A stretch of 19,321 nt of DNA. Source: an uncultured Deinococcales bacterium. Its GTDB lineage: Bacteria; Deinococcota; Deinococci; Deinococcales; JAAFIG01. Position 1 is the first letter of the stretch. Each line of letters begins with the position of its first letter. The DNA lies in the NCBI GenBank assembly GCA_964244895.1, contig CAXTKV010000092.1:1-19321 (forward strand), in the 5' to 3' direction. A program made the position numbers and the translations under genes. The notes below the pieces were generated by a model that did no database searches, was not told the origin of the DNA, and saw only the letters and a program-made list of their open reading frames with translations. Of this stretch, positions 18,350-19,321 are shown one piece after another.

Positions 18350-18664
18350 TTACTCTTCACGCACGAGTTTGAACATCTCTTTGAACTTGGCACGGATTTC
18401 GTCGGAGGTGTACACACGCCCAGCATCCGCGTCAACCTCGCCCGCTTCGATGGCTCGATGAACGGCGACAGTGTACGAACGCGATTTTTGGTGGAAGCGC
18501 TCTTGAAGTTGATCGGTCGTCCAGAACCGCCCCGCCTCGAGATCGTCAATGCCTTCTTGCAAATATTTTCGAAGGCGCAACGCGTAAATCAAGTCGTCCA
18601 GTTCAGCATCTTCTGGCAGTTGCGTCATGACCTCCATGACTTCTTTTCGCAACTCGGTTTTCAT
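18350..18664 (-). CDS. Small acidic antitoxin-like protein with a duplicated C-terminal motif
   Basis: KEVMEVMTQLPEDAELDDLIY...EGIDDLEAGR..T resembles small genes found upstream of RelE/ParE toxins. TACACT 7 nt upstream of the ATG. Confidence 0.68.
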   Translation of the reverse strand: MKTELRKEVMEVMTQLPEDAELDDLIYALRLRKYLQEGIDDLEAGRFWTTDQLQERFHQKSRSYTVAVHRAIEAGEVDADAGRVYTSDEIRAKFKEMFKLVREE

Positions 18665-18696
18665 ACAAACCAGTGTAGTGCTTTACTCGAGGAATT

Positions 18697-19194
18697 GTGA
18701 ACGTGAACCAATCAATCCGAACCCGCCTGACCGCCAGAATCCTCGTGCTGAACGAGCGCGATGAACTCTTGATGTTCGAGTACCAGGAAGCAGACGGTCG
18801 GCGGTTCTGGGTCACACCGGGCGGCGGACTCGAGCCAAACGAAACTTTCATGGATGCTGCAAAACGCGAGTTGCTCGAGGAGACGGGTTTGAAACTCGAG
18901 CAAGTCGGGAACCCCGTCTGGGAGCGTCGCAAAGTCCTGAACTTCACAGATGAACGCGTGATGTTCGATGAACGGCACTTCGTGGTGCGCGTCCGTGGCG
19001 GTGAGGTTTCCGGCGAGAACCCCGACGCGTTCGAGCGAGCCATGACTTTAGGGCATCGTTGGTGGTCGCTCGAGGCGTTGCAGACCACGCCTGAAACGGT
19101 GTATCCCGAAAACTTGGCCCGTCATCTCGAGCCGATTTTGCGCGGCGAGATGCCAACAGAACCTGTTGATATCAGCCTGAAACCCGAGCCCTGA
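18697..19194 (+). CDS. Nudix hydrolase
   Basis: Nudix box PGGGLEPNETFMDAAKRELLEETGL. The true start may be GTG 18703, which is better spaced from GAGGA. Confidence 0.93.
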   Translation: MNVNQSIRTRLTARILVLNERDELLMFEYQEADGRRFWVTPGGGLEPNETFMDAAKRELLEETGLKLEQVGNPVWERRKVLNFTDERVMFDERHFVVRVRGGEVSGENPDAFERAMTLGHRWWSLEALQTTPETVYPENLARHLEPILRGEMPTEPVDISLKPEP

Positions 19195-19219
19195 CGGTGG
19201 GAGCTGGCCTTGAGATCAG

Positions 19220-19266
19220 AACACTGTCTGGTACGCAAATCAAAAAAATGCGTCTTGGACGGTGTT
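19220..19266. repeat. 47-bp palindromic element, copy 6 (13-bp spacer)
   Basis: aacactgtctggtacgc-aaatcaaaaaaat-gcgtcttggacggtgtt followed by tctcgag. Confidence 0.85.
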
Positions 19267-19321
19267 TCTCGAGATCATCCTTCAAACGTGCCGTGAGGCT
19301 GACAAAACCTTGACGTGAAGC

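Noticed and set aside
846..19266. Palindromic repeats as integron attC sites (AAC...GTT ends near stop codons)
   Set aside because: They flank housekeeping genes on both strands, lack consistent RYYYAAC/GTTRRRY boxes, and no integrase is present.
846..19266. Repeats as a CRISPR array
   Set aside because: Copies are kilobases apart, the spacers are internal 12-mers, and there are no cas genes.
846..19266. Repeats as ordinary intrinsic terminators
   Set aside because: Most lack a U-tract in the sense direction, and shared sequence across loci indicates a repeat family. A termination or stabilising role is not excluded.

Overview
High-GC bacterial chromosomal segment, most likely Deinococcota (inferred from a TmrAB-like ABC pair and leaderless TANNNT-start architecture). 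Gene order: 5'-truncated fmt, P1/DmpA-family peptidase, an uncharacterised three-gene cluster (Roadblock-domain protein, membrane protein, 1013-aa helical protein paralogous to the first), a divergent TetR/aldo-keto reductase module with an SDR gene remnant, pfkA, rsmI, two small hypothetical genes, rlmH, a heterodimeric ABC exporter, an orphan antitoxin-like gene and a Nudix hydrolase. Non-coding signals: (i) a dispersed 46-bp palindromic element (17-bp arms, constant-length but variable AT-rich 12-bp spacer) near most gene 3' ends, with derived short and long variants; (ii) about 10-fold over-representation of CTCGAG, which also abuts the ends of that element; (iii) five leaderless-type starts. 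Best candidates for undescribed biology are the paired-Roadblock/membrane cluster and the CTCGAG-linked repeat family. All protein calls come from motif recognition by eye; no searches were run.
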